In this document: positions 1 through 12,200 of the stretch, piece by piece | How the letters are laid out: every line of letters begins with the position of its first letter | How positions within the stretch are numbered: the stretch's first letter is position 1 | Assembly (NCBI RefSeq): GCF_021028975.2 | Contig: NC_059427.1 | Coordinates: forward strand, 110,050,001 to 110,114,000 | DNA length: 64,000 nucleotides | Reading direction: 5' to 3' | Origin: Sphaerodactylus townsendi | Taxonomy: Eukaryota | Notes under the pieces: model-generated | Database searches by the model: none | What the model was told of the DNA's origin: nothing | The model's input: only the letters and a program-made list of their open reading frames with translations | Made by a program: the position numbers and the translations under genes

Positions 1-611
1 GTATTTCTGTTGGACAGCAATATAATGGCCCATCAAGCAAGCAAAGCTTTGTGCTTCAGTCCAGCAGAAGCTAATGATTTGCAGGTGCTTCCCAGATACT
101 TTTCTCTTTGACAGAGACCAAGAGGATGCAGAAGTTCTTTTTATCTAACTCTGGGGGGTGCTATTCTAGCAAGGTTGAATGGAATTTCTTAACATAGTTC
201 AATAAATATCAATCATTTTGTATACAGGCAAGCAAGGAAGAGCAAAGCAGTCTTCACACTACCAAAGAGACAAGTATGCATGAAGACAGTCTTTTTTTTT
301 TTTACCAGGTGTGATGGGTACAATATTTGCTATTTTCTGCAAAAAAAAATTACACAAAATCTGCCATTGCTAATATATGAGTTCTGAGATGACATTGCTG
401 TTAATTGTTGAATAATAAATACTCATAGAAGAAGGGCAGGATTTAAATGTAAGAAAATTGCTAATATTTATTTAACCATTGTTATACTGGACTTCCTCCT
501 GCATTCTCAGGTTAGGCTGAATGTGTATGGTTGATCAAGGTCTGTTAGTAAGTTTCCATAGAAGAAGCTTGGGATTGAACCTAGGTCTCTTAGATTCTAG
601 CCTGACTGCTC

Positions 612-695
612 TGTGTGTGCGCGTGTGTGCGCGCGCGCGCGCGCGTGTGTGTGTGTGCGCGTGTGTGTGTGCGTGTGTGTGTGTGTGTGTGTGTA
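612..695. repeat. (TG)n/(CG)n alternating purine-pyrimidine microsatellite in kisspeptin receptor intron 1
   Basis: Directly visible tgtgtgtgcgcgtgtgtgcgcgcgcg...gtgtgt tract. Confidence 0.95.
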
Positions 696-1298
696 CCAGG
701 TTCCCCTCCCTCTGAGCTAGTAAGGCATTTTGGTCCATAGATGCAAATCTTAAGAGATAACCTGCCAACATCAATATTAGAGAATACTTTATTTACTGAA
801 CTGTGGGAACAGGGCTAGTGATTCAGCAGCACTGATCCAGGGAGAATGAAATAGCCTTGAAGAAACATAATACAAAGCCAATTCATCGTCAGATTAATTT
901 TCAGTTAATATGACAAACAACTGTCATTGACAGTGTAAAATATCATGAATGAAAGGATTAAAATACAGTAAAATCCTAAGCACAATTACACCTTTTTAAA
1001 GCACACTGACTTAGATGGGTGTAACTCTATTTAGGACCACACTGTCTATTAAAATCCTGACTGGGACCAATTGACAGTCTGACCTTTTTAGTAAAAGTCA
1101 AAGATGGAAGTCATTAATGGCAGCTGCAAATCAGGATGGAAGAAGATCAGACAGCTGGCTGGAAGTCTCTGTCTCTTTCTATCAGTTTAATGAGTGCATA
1201 GTTTAGCATCTGGGGAGCAGAAGTGCTATTGGTCCGAAAGGCAAGAAGCTACAGGGCAACCCTAGAAACGAGAGGAGGCAGGTGGGTGTTTCACTCAC

Positions 1299-1584
1299 CA
1301 ATATAGAAGTTAGTAGCCGTGCGCATCTGGCGGTGCTTGCTGATGACATAGATGACCAAGGAGTTCCCAACCAGCCCGAGCAGCATGATGAGAGCATAAA
1401 AGAGGGGCACAAGCCACGCATCAGTTAGAAATGGGGGGGAGGTATCTTCTCCACTGCTGTTAAAGATCCAAAAGTGCATCCTACCCTCGAGGGCTCCTGT
1501 GCTGGGCTTGGCACTGCCTGGCCAGGATGTAGGCTCTGCTGTCCAGCTAGGCAAGGCCTCTGAATGTAAAGGCTCAGCATCCAT
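1299..1584 (-). CDS. KISS1R: Kisspeptin receptor (GPR54 family, probably Kissr-4 paralogue), coding exon 1: N-terminus, TM1, ICL1
   Basis: Translation ...[46 protein letters not shown] matches the KISS1R TM1/ICL1 pattern (DAWLVPLF...[12 protein letters not shown]...MRT.TNFYI). Phase-1 donor ATT G|GTGAGT at 1298-1293 is where KISS1R exon 1 ends. No later exon recognised in 1-1290, so they probably lie left of the window. Confidence 0.95.
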
Positions 1585-3699
1585 TCTGAGCAGAACACCA
1601 AGTCAGCTCTTGTCAGCAGCCAGAAATGTGCAGTCTATCCTTCTGAGGAGCCTGGCTGGAAAGTCTTTGTCTGGGAAATACAAATTGGTGGGAGGTGCTG
1701 AAGCTACTAATGTCCCAGGGATGCACAGTCTCTTAGCTAAAGGGGTGCATGGCGTAGATAGTCCTAGTAGAAATGGAACGTGCTGGCAAAATTTGGGGCA
1801 AGATTACAATCCCTCATAGACTTACAAGTTACACCGCATTTGGGCTGAGAGAAAGGAAAGTTAAACTAATTCCTCCAGTTTCCGGTTCCCTTACCCTTAG
1901 TAGAAGGAGATGCTGCTGTAAGAGCAGAGGTGGGCAGACAGACTACCCAGACAGTACCTTTTGCACTAGTTGGCTCCCTCTGAGATGATCCCATCTCCAC
2001 TGTGATATTTTGTCTTCCAAAGCTTTCAGAATCTTCTCTTTGTGCCAAAACAAGTCCTTCTCATTCACTCCACAGCATGCCGAGAACTCTCCCCTTTTTT
2101 TTCCTGGCTGGCCTTTCTTCCATGAAGAGGGATAGCTACTGTGCCAGCTCCTTATCTTCCTCTTGCCTCCTTTAATGCATCTCAGGACCTATTGTGACTG
2201 ATGCTGGTCTCCGAACACAGGAGAGACACACTAAGCAAGCCGAACTTAATGATGAGAGGTGGAAGAGGTGGTTCTGATTGGCTGTCACGGATGCTGTTTG
2301 TAACTGTGTGAGGGAGAGGACCAAGGAAGCAGCAAATAAATGCTCAATACAGGACCTGTCTGAGATGCGGATGTGTTCATTCCAGCACCATCTCCCTTGC
2401 ATACTGCTCACAAACAACCCCTCTCATAAAGAAACAAGCTCTTGGGATACAGCAAGAACTAGGGACATTACAGACAGGATTCCAGGGTTCTTTCTGAAGC
2501 TCTGCTAAAAGAGTGGGACATATGGCTTGCAGCTTGCCCCCAGAGTTCCTGAGTTATTCTTTGCTATTGTTTTCTTGAATGAGGTTCGCTGGGTTCTTTT
2601 CTCTCTCTGCTATGCACCGTCCTGAGAGAGAAATTACAAGCGTTTTTCTTTCAGCAGAACTGATTCACCAAAACAAGAACTTGTCTGATTTTCCTTTACT
2701 ACAGCATATTTTCATTCTTTGTTATGTGAGATGCAAGTGAATGAATTACTGATTTTTCTCTTCCAGCATTTATTTATCAGTTTGAACATTTGCTGTGAAG
2801 ATCAGGCACACTGCCTGAAAAAGAAAATAGAGGGGAAACCTTATTTGTTTAAAAAACTAATTTGACGAAAGCTCACATAAGTACATTTTGAGAAGGGTGA
2901 AATTCTTATAGTATTTTTTCCCTTTAAAGTTGTGATGAAGAAATTGGGTGAAGACTGATATTAACCCATCATTTTAAAATGTTTTGAGAGAACTATTGTT
3001 GACAGTTCCTTGTAAATCTGAAGTCCCCTGGCTGGTGAACAAATAGCAACAGAGTGATTTTAACACTGATGGGGTTTTTATTACTGCCGTCCTCACTGAT
3101 TTGTATTGTAATTGTATTGGTACTTCTGTAAGGTATGGAATTATGCTATTTATTGTAACTTGTTTTTAAAAGCCTTTTAATGTATATATAAGTATATTAT
3201 TTATTGCATTGTTGTTTTATATGCTTTTATTGTAAGCTGCCCTGAGTCCTCTAGGAGATTTGGCAGGGTAAAAATGCAATAAACAAATAAACAAACTTCC
3301 TTTTCATTCCTCACCATGATAGAACATTTATCATAGCTGGCATCCAAGTGTCTAAATCAATCTTGTGAAATAAATAATTTCTGATAAGTAAATCTAAAGC
3401 CAAACAGCTATCCTCAGAAATTATCAAATTATATTATTTCCTCTTTTACTTATAAGGAGCAATATTTACCATGGTTTGAGTACAAATATCAAAAATAAAT
3501 TTTGACTCATTTATTTTGACATTTTTGTTGTCTTTTAAAAATACTGACATACTGACAATAAATGCAATGCGTTCACCCTAAATTTCTTTCATTTACCAAT
3601 AAATATTAACACAGGCACATTTGGGGTAAGACTACAATCTCCAATAGATTTAGCACCAAGGAAGATACTGCTGTTTCCATTTGGGCTACGGACCCAGTG

Positions 3700-4370
3700 C
3701 CCTCCATGGTAACATGGGACAATTTGTCTCGAATCTCGCACATCAAGCAAGTCGCACCCTGGATTTGATCTTTGAGCTGGAGTTAGATATTGGCCCAGTG
3801 CAAATTGATAAAATGCATGGTTAGACCATTATGTCCTGGAGGCCTGTCTATTCCAACCCTCCCTGTATAAGCGGAGAGCAAATTTATGCTTGCCTGCCTG
3901 CACGGATGCATGTGAACGTGAAAACAGGAAAACGGGTTACTTTATCCCAACTGCAACCCGTTATACATTTGCTGTGTGGAAAGGGCCTTTGAGTTGGCAA
4001 TGAAGATCACAAAGAAAGTATTCTATGTGGCCTTATTGCATCTGCCAGCTCATGCTCAGCTTAATTGTTTAGGGTAATTAGGTCTTTAACAATCCTCACT
4101 GAGGCGTCCTCAATTATTAGAAATTTGGCTATTAGTTGTGAGACATTTGCAAGTTTGTTTTTCAGGTAAAATCTTGCTGCTCTGCCATCACCCTCCAGCC
4201 AACCTTGATACAGTTACGGAACTGGAGGCCCTTTGGCTGGCTTCTGACCCAATTTTGGACTAATTCACCTGTCTCTCCCAAGCCAATGTGATAGAACCCT
4301 GGCAGCTGCAAAGCATACCACCTGTCCTATTAACCCATGTTTATCATGGCTAGTGAAAACCAGCAGTGAC
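3700..4370 (+). mobile_element. Highly decayed L2/CR1-group LINE ORF2 remnant
   Basis: Degraded endonuclease-like (caccctggatttgatc, ttagaccattatg) and pre-RT (acctgtcctattaacccatgtttatcatggctagtgaaa, TCPxxPCxSWLVK-like) segments; boundaries approximate. Confidence 0.5.
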
Positions 4371-6080
4371 AGCATGTGCATGCCCCCAAGAAAAAGTACA
4401 GGAAACAAAATAATAGTGCAACCACCAGAGAAAGTCCTCATAGATACAACTGATGGACTGACTGAAAGACAAAATGAACTAAGGGAAAAACTCATTAAAT
4501 ATGCACAATCAAATTAGGAAAGTCAACGACTGCCAGCATTGAAAATGGTGCCCCCCCCAAAAAAATAACTTGGCATCCATAATGAAGGATATGAACAAGG
4601 CACTGATGACAACTGAAATAACTTCCATCAAACAAACCGATCAGCTCATGTACAGTATGGCTGCAGTGGTCACATGAGAACTGGGAACAGGCTTCCTTGG
4701 GAGGTAATGGGCTCTTTCTTTGGAGGTGTTTATGCAGAAGATGGCTAGCTGACAGCAATGCTGTTTCTGTGAACTTAGGCAGATCAAGAGAGGTAGGGCA
4801 GAAAGAGTTGCATCAGTGCTTGGCTTTTGTGGTCATTTCTTACATGCCCAGGATAATGCCTATCACCACTTTGGAATCAGGAAGTAATTTTACTCCTGGC
4901 CAGATTGGTCAGGGATCCTGGAGGTTTTTTGCCTTCCTTTGGGCATACAGCAAGACTCACTGGGGGAGTGGGGAGGTGGTAGTTGTGAATTTCGTGCATT
5001 GTGCAGGGGATTGAGCTAGATGACCCTTCCAGCTCTATATTTCAAAGATCATACTCCAATAGACTTGGCAAATGTATTTCACCCCATGACTGTGACATAG
5101 GCCATTTCACTTATTTTTATTATTTATGACCCATACTCTCTAAATGGATTCTGTTGTGTTAAAAAGTATTTGTCTTACATTATTGTTTTCTGATGTATCT
5201 GCTCCCAAGCTACTTAGGCCTGATGTAAATATAACACACTGGCAAGGCAACATAATTTTCCCAGATACGTTTGCACTCAAGTAATTTCACGTTTAACCCA
5301 GGCTGCTGCCCCAGCAAAGCAGTCCTAGGTGCTGAATTAGAACACTGGGGTGTTCACTAAGCAAGTGTAGCAGCTTGGCACAGGTAGCAAGCCAGTTCAA
5401 AGGAAACAGTGTGAGAGTGAAGGAGGTCTCCTTTGCCTTGCCTTAATCATATTGAAATCAGCCCTTAGTTCAGTAATGTAATTGTTTTTTTCCCTAGTAG
5501 CTTCAGTTTTATTAATAGGAAATGGATTTATAATCATCTAGTAATCATCCCCAGGAAGAAACATTTTTCCTTTCATTAATGCTTTTGAAGGGGACTGACT
5601 GTAAGGTAAGGTTGGACTGGCTGATGTAAAAATGTCCAAGTGGTTTTTTCAACTTGATTCAATATCACAGAATCAATGTTGCAGTGGGATGAGTGTCTCA
5701 TCTCCTTTGAGGTCTTGTCAATATCATCTCCTTCATTTGTGAATTACCACAGCAGTCTCTTTATTCTTTTCCCACTCTATGATCTATTTTAAAAAGCTTT
5801 TAATAGGCCTCTTAGTGCCAGTACCATGGTGACATACTATCATAAGGACCTCTATATGCACAAAAGCACCATAGACACAAAAGTGCACAAAGGTGGAGAA
5901 ATAGATATATTCATAACAAAGAGTAGGGGGAGATAAAAGGATCCTTAGAGGGCAGAGATGAGGAGAAGAGAAGGGAACAATACAGAAGGGGAGAAAACTA
6001 TAGTATCCTTAGCTATTTTAGTCTCTTTTCAGAGAGATATTTTTCTTGCTTCTTTTCTTTCCCCTCAGAATACTTTAGTG

Positions 6081-6623
6081 CAGGGGTCTGCAACCTGTGG
6101 CTCCGGAACCGCATGCGGCTCTTTCAGCCTTGTACTGCGGCTCCACATGGCCTGGAGGTCAGAGGGTAGCATGGGTGTGTCCCTCCAGCCCTCCAGAGCA
6201 GCGCTGGAAGGAAAGGTGAGTGGAGGGGCCAAACTGGAGGCAGCTCCGTGCGTCAGGGCGCCACTTTTTGTGTCCCCTCCTCTCAGCTCTCCTTCTAGTG
6301 TTGCTCCGGAGAGCTGGAGGGAACATCCATGCTGTCCTCTGACCCCTGGAGGTCGGAGGGTTGCGTGGGCGTGTCCCTCCAGAGCAGCTGCCATCCCCCC
6401 TCTGCCATCCCCACAGCCACCATCCCCCCTCTGCCCCACGGAGCAGGCGGCTGCCTGCTCAGTCAGGCAGAGGGGGTTTCTCTGCCCAGTGCCTCCACCT
6501 CCCAGCACTGGAAGGAAAGGTGAGTGGAGGGGGCGAACGGAGGGGGCTCCATACAGTAGACCTTTGGGGCCATGGAAAACAGGTCCAAATGGCTCTTTGG
6601 GTGGTAAAGATTGCCAACCCCTG
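6081..6623. mobile_element. Non-autonomous hAT element
   Basis: Termini CAGGGGTCTGCAACC...TTGCCAACCCCTG; perfect 8-bp TSD CTTTAGTG at 6073-6080 and 6624-6631. Confidence 0.9.
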
Positions 6624-6674
6624 CTTTAGTGCAAGAATGTTTAAACAAGTACTAGTTGAGAATGTGTCCCAATA

Positions 6675-6892
6675 AAGTTGCCAACCCCAGGTTGGGAAAT
6701 TCCTGGATATTTTGGGAGGCACAGCCTAGGGAGAACAGAATTTGGGAAGGAGAAGCACCTCAGCAGGGTATAATACCATAGAGTCCACCCTCCAAAGCAG
6801 CCATATTTTCCAGGGGAACTGATCTCTATTGTCTGGAGATCCACTGTGATCCCAGGAGATCTCCAGGTTCTACCTGGAGGCTAGCAACCCTA
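6675..6892. mobile_element. MITE with (TAG)GGTTGCCA-type termini; related copies near 34630-34790 and 35160-35355
   Basis: agttgccaacc...tagcaacccta ends; shared internal ggaaattcctgga / gagatct motifs across the three copies. Confidence 0.6.
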
Positions 6893-8811
6893 TATCACAA
6901 CCATTGCTTAGCACCCATAAACATGGGGGCAAAAATTGTGCTCTTCACCTGTTGCTTTCAGACGTTAGGTCCAATTTAAGAAATTTAAGTATGACCCAGT
7001 TCTGTGCTATCAAATAAATGATCTTTGGACTTATTTTACATCAGCTTTTCTAAATCTGAGTCATGGTAAATAAACAATCAATCTTAAATATAAGTGACAG
7101 AATAGCTGCTGGAGATATCAATATAATTTCCCTGCAACTTTGGTATAGCATCCTATTTTATGGTATAGCTTTAATGTTGCAGATGTTAGGGGCCCATCTT
7201 AAACACATGTTCTGGCCTAATGTGGTGAATGTCTACAGCCTATGGGCTTCAAAGGAACGGAGCACCTGCTTGCCCTACTGAACCTAGCAGCACCTGTTGA
7301 AACTCAGCACCTAACATATCCTTGTAGGGAAATTTTCAGCAACCTGATCTGAATTCCTTTTTATGTCTTTTCCAGGTGATTCTGACAAATAATACTTCTC
7401 TTATTTGGGAACAGTGTGTCCCATGGCATTGTGGCAGCTCGCCAGTGGGCTGACTGAATATATATGGAACAGGAAGGCAATGGTTCAAGTTTTCACAGGA
7501 CAGTTACAGGGCAATGTGAAGGGCAAACAGTACACTTCATAAGATCTAATCATCTGTGCAAGACTGGTTTTGCTAATCTGGCAAGCAGGACAAAATGTTA
7601 TAAGAGACACACAGACAGAGCTGCCTTGTGAAAAATGTACCTACCATAAAAGTCATCACCTAAACAAATTAACATCCCAATTTTAAAACAAAGCTCCCTG
7701 GACATTTTTCCTTGCAAGGATGGTCAGATCAGGGCCATCTTCTAGATGTGCCAAGAGACCTGAGCCAGAGTCAATCAGAAAGACCACACACCAAGCAGAC
7801 AATATCCAGAGTAGCTTTGAGGACAACACTGAGGAGATCAGAGTGAATGATTCTATATCTGTTGGGTTAGCATTATCACAGTAATCTGAAATCCAATGCA
7901 ATCAATTCATCTTGCCACTTAACTTCAGTAATATGTGGATTTTGGCCCAACCCTGTGAAACACCCTCCATGATGTCATATTAAACTTCCTGAAGTCCTTT
8001 GTTTGACAAACACACTTATAAGACAAATAGAGTTTCACAGACAAGATGCGGAGAAGCGAGCAGGTAAAACACAAGAGACGTTGCTTCCTGGTTGGTACTG
8101 TTTGAATGGGTAGCGTAGTTTTGAAAATAAGTTTTTCTTGGTGTCTTAGATCAACACAACTATCTTCAGCATCACTGCTGATCAAGATATGAGTTCAATG
8201 GAAATAAGTGCTTTGTGGGTAAACCTCTGTTATTTGAATGAAGTGACTTAGTTTCTGTGACTAAGGGCACAATTTATCAGGAAGTTATTCTTTACAACCA
8301 CAGGGAAATGGACTATGCAAAACCACTGCTATAAAAAATGAATCAACCTAACTATTCACATGATCACTTTTAAAGCCAAGAAAACAAGAGAATGAAGAAC
8401 TGGAGTTCTTAATGGTAGCCACAGTTCTTTTGCATCAGTTCTGAAACCTGGATTATATCCTCACTGGCAATTAATCCTGGGATAGTCACCCAAAATATCC
8501 AGGTTCCCTCAAGATCTCCTCACCACGGAAGACAGATCAGTCCCATTTCTGGCGCTCCCCCTGCCCCCCATCATGGGATTTTCCTGGACCTGCTTGTATA
8601 TGCACCTTTTTGGAAAAAACACTCCAATGGGAGATAATAGGAGATGGGGGCTACACATTTGAGGGTCCATAACTTTGGCCCCCATGAACCAAACTTCACC
8701 AAACCTGGGTGGTATCATCGGGAGGGTCTCCTAAAGATACTCTGAAATGTTGGTGCTGCTAGCTTAACAATTGCACCCCGACAGCAGGCACGCGCACACC
8801 ACACGCGCGCG

Positions 8812-8855
<44 letters not shown>

Positions 8856-8926
8856 GCAAGGGGCAGGCCTAGATGTCTTCACTAGAAACATGCTGCAGTG
8901 AGGATGTTGGAACCTGGATGAAAAGG

Positions 8927-9075
8927 TGCCGATTCTTTTGAAACTTGTATTGTCGAAGGCTTTCACGGCCGGAATCACTTGGGTGCTGTGTGGTTTCCGG
9001 GCTGTATGGCCGTGTTCTAGCAGCATTCTCTCCTGACGTTTCGCCTGCATCTGTGGCTGGCATCTTCAGAGGATC
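8927..9075 (-). mobile_element. Penelope-like element terminal (pLTR) fragment
   Basis: tgtattgtcgaaggctttcacggccggaatcac...ctcctgacgtttcgcctgcatctgtggctggcatcttcagaggatc resembles squamate Penelope termini; second copy at 24.3-24.5 kb. Confidence 0.8.
9031..9073 (-). ncRNA. Minimal type-I hammerhead ribozyme motif (Penelope-associated)
   Basis: Minus strand reads UCCU-CUGAAGA-U-GCC(AGCCACAGAUGCA)GGC-GAAAC-GUC-AGGA: helix I UCCU/AGGA, CUGANGA box, helix II, GAAA box, loopless helix III, GUC cleavage triplet. Confidence 0.8.
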
Positions 9076-9664
9076 TTTTGAAACTTGATTGTATCTAGAT
9101 TAAATTTTCAGTGGGGATTCTGCCTGGTTAAAAATGTGCATAACTTGCATTTTCTGGGATGGAATAGGGAGCTAGTGCTGGTGGAAGAGGCTTGTTAGGT
9201 CGAGCAGTGGATAGGAAACCTTACAGTATCCTGCTTTGCTGCTCCAAAAGACTAGCAAACATCACAGGTCTGCCCCCTTCACCACTCCATCTTCTACAGC
9301 AAGCCTTCCATCTTGGTTTGCTCTTTTTTTTTCCTCCAATGAAACACCAGAGAGGACCAGGAGACTGACTCTTCAGCAGCCAGGACCTCATTTGTCAGGT
9401 GGCTTCAGCTGTCCACCTCCATCACTTTACCCCCTTCTGCCACTTCTTTTGGGCTTCACTGCATCTCAAATCAACTGGTAAGGTAATTCAGAGCAGCAAG
9501 GTGCCTCCTTCTCCCAGTTCTCTAGCACAGGCACAAACAAAAAGAGTCCCTTTCTTCATTGCTGCTAGCTGACAAAAGGCAGAGAACCAAGAGTTATTAA
9601 AAACCAGAGTTCTTCACACGTTTTTGATTATGTATGTATATTATATAGGTTGATTATATATCTA

Positions 9665-9678
9665 TATACACACACACA

Positions 9679-9744
<66 letters not shown>
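9665..9744. repeat. (CA)n-(TG)n microsatellite
   Basis: Directly visible. Confidence 0.95.
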
Positions 9745-9746
<2 letters not shown>

Positions 9747-10069
9747 GTCTCATTTTGTATTTTTGCACCCCTTCAAATAAAATGTAGGTATGGCCCTGAT
9801 GCTTTCCCACATGTGTATAGGAAGGGTCCAAATCTCTCTGCCCACATCTGGCCCCCACACCCATTATTCCTCTCTCTGCCATCAGCAGGCTTTTTTGCTG
9901 ACTTTAAAAAGGTAGTAGGTATATTGTTTGAACACAATAGCAATATACCTGCTACCAACTGTACAAAAAGCTAACAGAGGTTGATTCCCCACTGACTAAA
10001 TAGCATGTGATACTCACAGAAAAAAACGAGGTTTGGCGCAGAACTCCCCACTGCGTTCTGGGCGATCAT

Positions 10070-10277
10070 CAGAGGTGGGATCCAACCAGTTCTCACCACT
10101 TCTCTAGAAGTGGTTACTCATTTTTTCTGAGTGCCGAGAAAGGGTTACTAAAGCAACCTCCCTGCCCAATAGGGGCTGGAGGTGCGTGTGTGTGGCGGCG
10201 TGTGTGTGGCGGCGTGTGTGGCGGCGAATCCCACCACCATCGGGACCTGTTATTAAAATTTTTGGATCCCACCACTG
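10070..10277. mobile_element. Non-autonomous hAT MITE
   Basis: Termini CAGAGGTGGGATCCAA / TTGGATCCCACCACTG; 8-bp TSD GCGATCAT at 10062-10069 and 10278-10285. Confidence 0.9.
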
Positions 10278-11643
10278 GCGATCATGGTTCTGGCGCTCCT
10301 TCTCCCCCTTATCACGTGCTTTTCCTGGACCTGGATGAAACTAGACCTTTTCAAAAATGCTGTGATCAATCCAGGATGGAAGGGAGCAGTGGGGAGGATC
10401 GGGGGTCGAATCTCCCGCCCTTGTGAGAGATATGGAGCCTCCCATCCAAACAGGGCGCAGTGGGCTGTGCACGATGCGTGCGCAGCCCCTTTAAAAAAAT
10501 TTCACAGAGCTAAGATCCATGTAGAAACCCTCCCTGAAAGTAGTAAACGACACATCGGGATATAGACTCCCAGATGTTATTTTCTATAGAGACATTTTGA
10601 TGTAGGGATAATATTTGCCTATTCAATCCCATAGCTGCTGCCTAAATTTATCCCATTTCTCTGTAGGTATAGACTGAACTAGTCATTTGAGTAGCTCAAA
10701 CCAAATGCAATTTGCAGCTTGTTAATGTCACTGCCCAACTAGAATTCAGAAACTTTGCAAAGAATAGTGAAAAAGTTGCTACTTGGGCTAATGGGGAATG
10801 ATTCAGCTGATGGATTTCTTCCATTGTCATGCTTCAAACTGTCTATCTGAATTGCAAGCTGGGCATGTGGTAAAGCAGTGATATACTTCAGTATCCACAG
10901 TGAACTGCACACATAACTATCACACCAGTGTGGAGGCAAGAATGGACCCTGTCTCTGGACCACAGAGCTGCTTCAAGGGTTTCCCAGACTTTCTCATGAA
11001 ACACCAAAGTCAGTGTGATAACTCTCAACATAACTGCCAGTCTCCCAAAGAGAATAGCAGTTTTTCTGACTCAGATCTAATCAGCACTGAACATATTACC
11101 AAGCTGGCAAATTGGATGATTAGAAAATCAGCAGTTTAATGTTAGATGAGTTGGCAGTTACACCAGCTGGCATGACCTCCTCCCTGAGGAGATTTAACAA
11201 GACTCTCTTATGCTAAAGATAATTTACTACCAGCTTTTGCAACACTCTCCAAGTCTTCTTTGACTCATTACTAGGAGAGTGACTAAGAATCTCTTTGCTA
11301 AATAATGTTAAGATCATTTTAAAATAATGTTTAGGTATCACAGATTATGCTGTATTTTTGCTCAAGTATTTACACAGTTTTAAAACTTTCTTACGCCTTT
11401 ACAAAGAAACAACAATGGCTTTTCAATCCTGACAATGAGGGATGAGGGAGAACACCTTAGAGCTATCAGACAGGGGCACTAAACAGCTCCCCCCTGCCTT
11501 ATGCAAGTATTTGTTTTGCTTTATTTATTTTTTAAAATTATTTGTACCTTGCCTTTTGTACATGTAAATCCCCTCCATAAAATGCCTAGGGAAGGATGAT
11601 GTTGTAAGTTGCTTTTGGTCCCTATTGTGGTCAAAGGTGGTTA

Positions 11644-12200
11644 TCTATATATATATAAAAAGCAAACCGTGTATTTGTTAGTGATAGTATAACTCAGTAA
11701 CTGCTGGGCCAATTCCTCTGAAAATTCCGAGCCACTGTAGTCAGCCTGGTGAGAGCGTTTTTAGATGTTCACATACCTGAAATTTCACACATGGGCCAGG
11801 TAAAACACCTTTTTCCTGGCGCTCCATGGTGAAGGACATGCAGCTGCCTGTGTGTAACTGTCACCCTTAGAATGTTCATGCAGCTTAGAATGTTCACTCA
11901 GATGGCCAGATATGAGCAGTGAAAACAGTACATAGGCAATAACTGGTGTGGAAGTGAAACACATATACATACATACACACGCGGGAGAGGGAAGGGAGGG
12001 AGGGGGAGGCGTGGCATGCAAGGGAAGAGAAGTGAGGGAGGGGAGAGAGTGGGGGGTGGCATGCAAGGGAGGGGAGGGAGGGGCCCCAGCATCTGGATAT
12101 GATCCACCCATCCTAGCGGAGGGAGATGGAAGGCTCAGCATCTGTTCTTTTCCCATTTCACCACAATAACCCACAGCAACACATGGCTGGGTACCGCTAG
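11644..12200 (+). mobile_element. Non-autonomous Helitron
   Basis: 5' A|TCTATATATATATAAAAAGC, 3' GC-rich hairpin region then CTAG|T; no TSD; homologous to the minus-strand copy at 16294-17300. Confidence 0.8.

Noticed and set aside
821-840. REST/NRSE-like ttcagcagcac in the receptor intron
   Set aside because: Left half imperfect and right half (GGACAG) missing
5958-6675. 223-aa and overlapping ORFs
   Set aside because: They lie within a GC-rich hAT MITE with TIRs and TSD; no protein family resemblance
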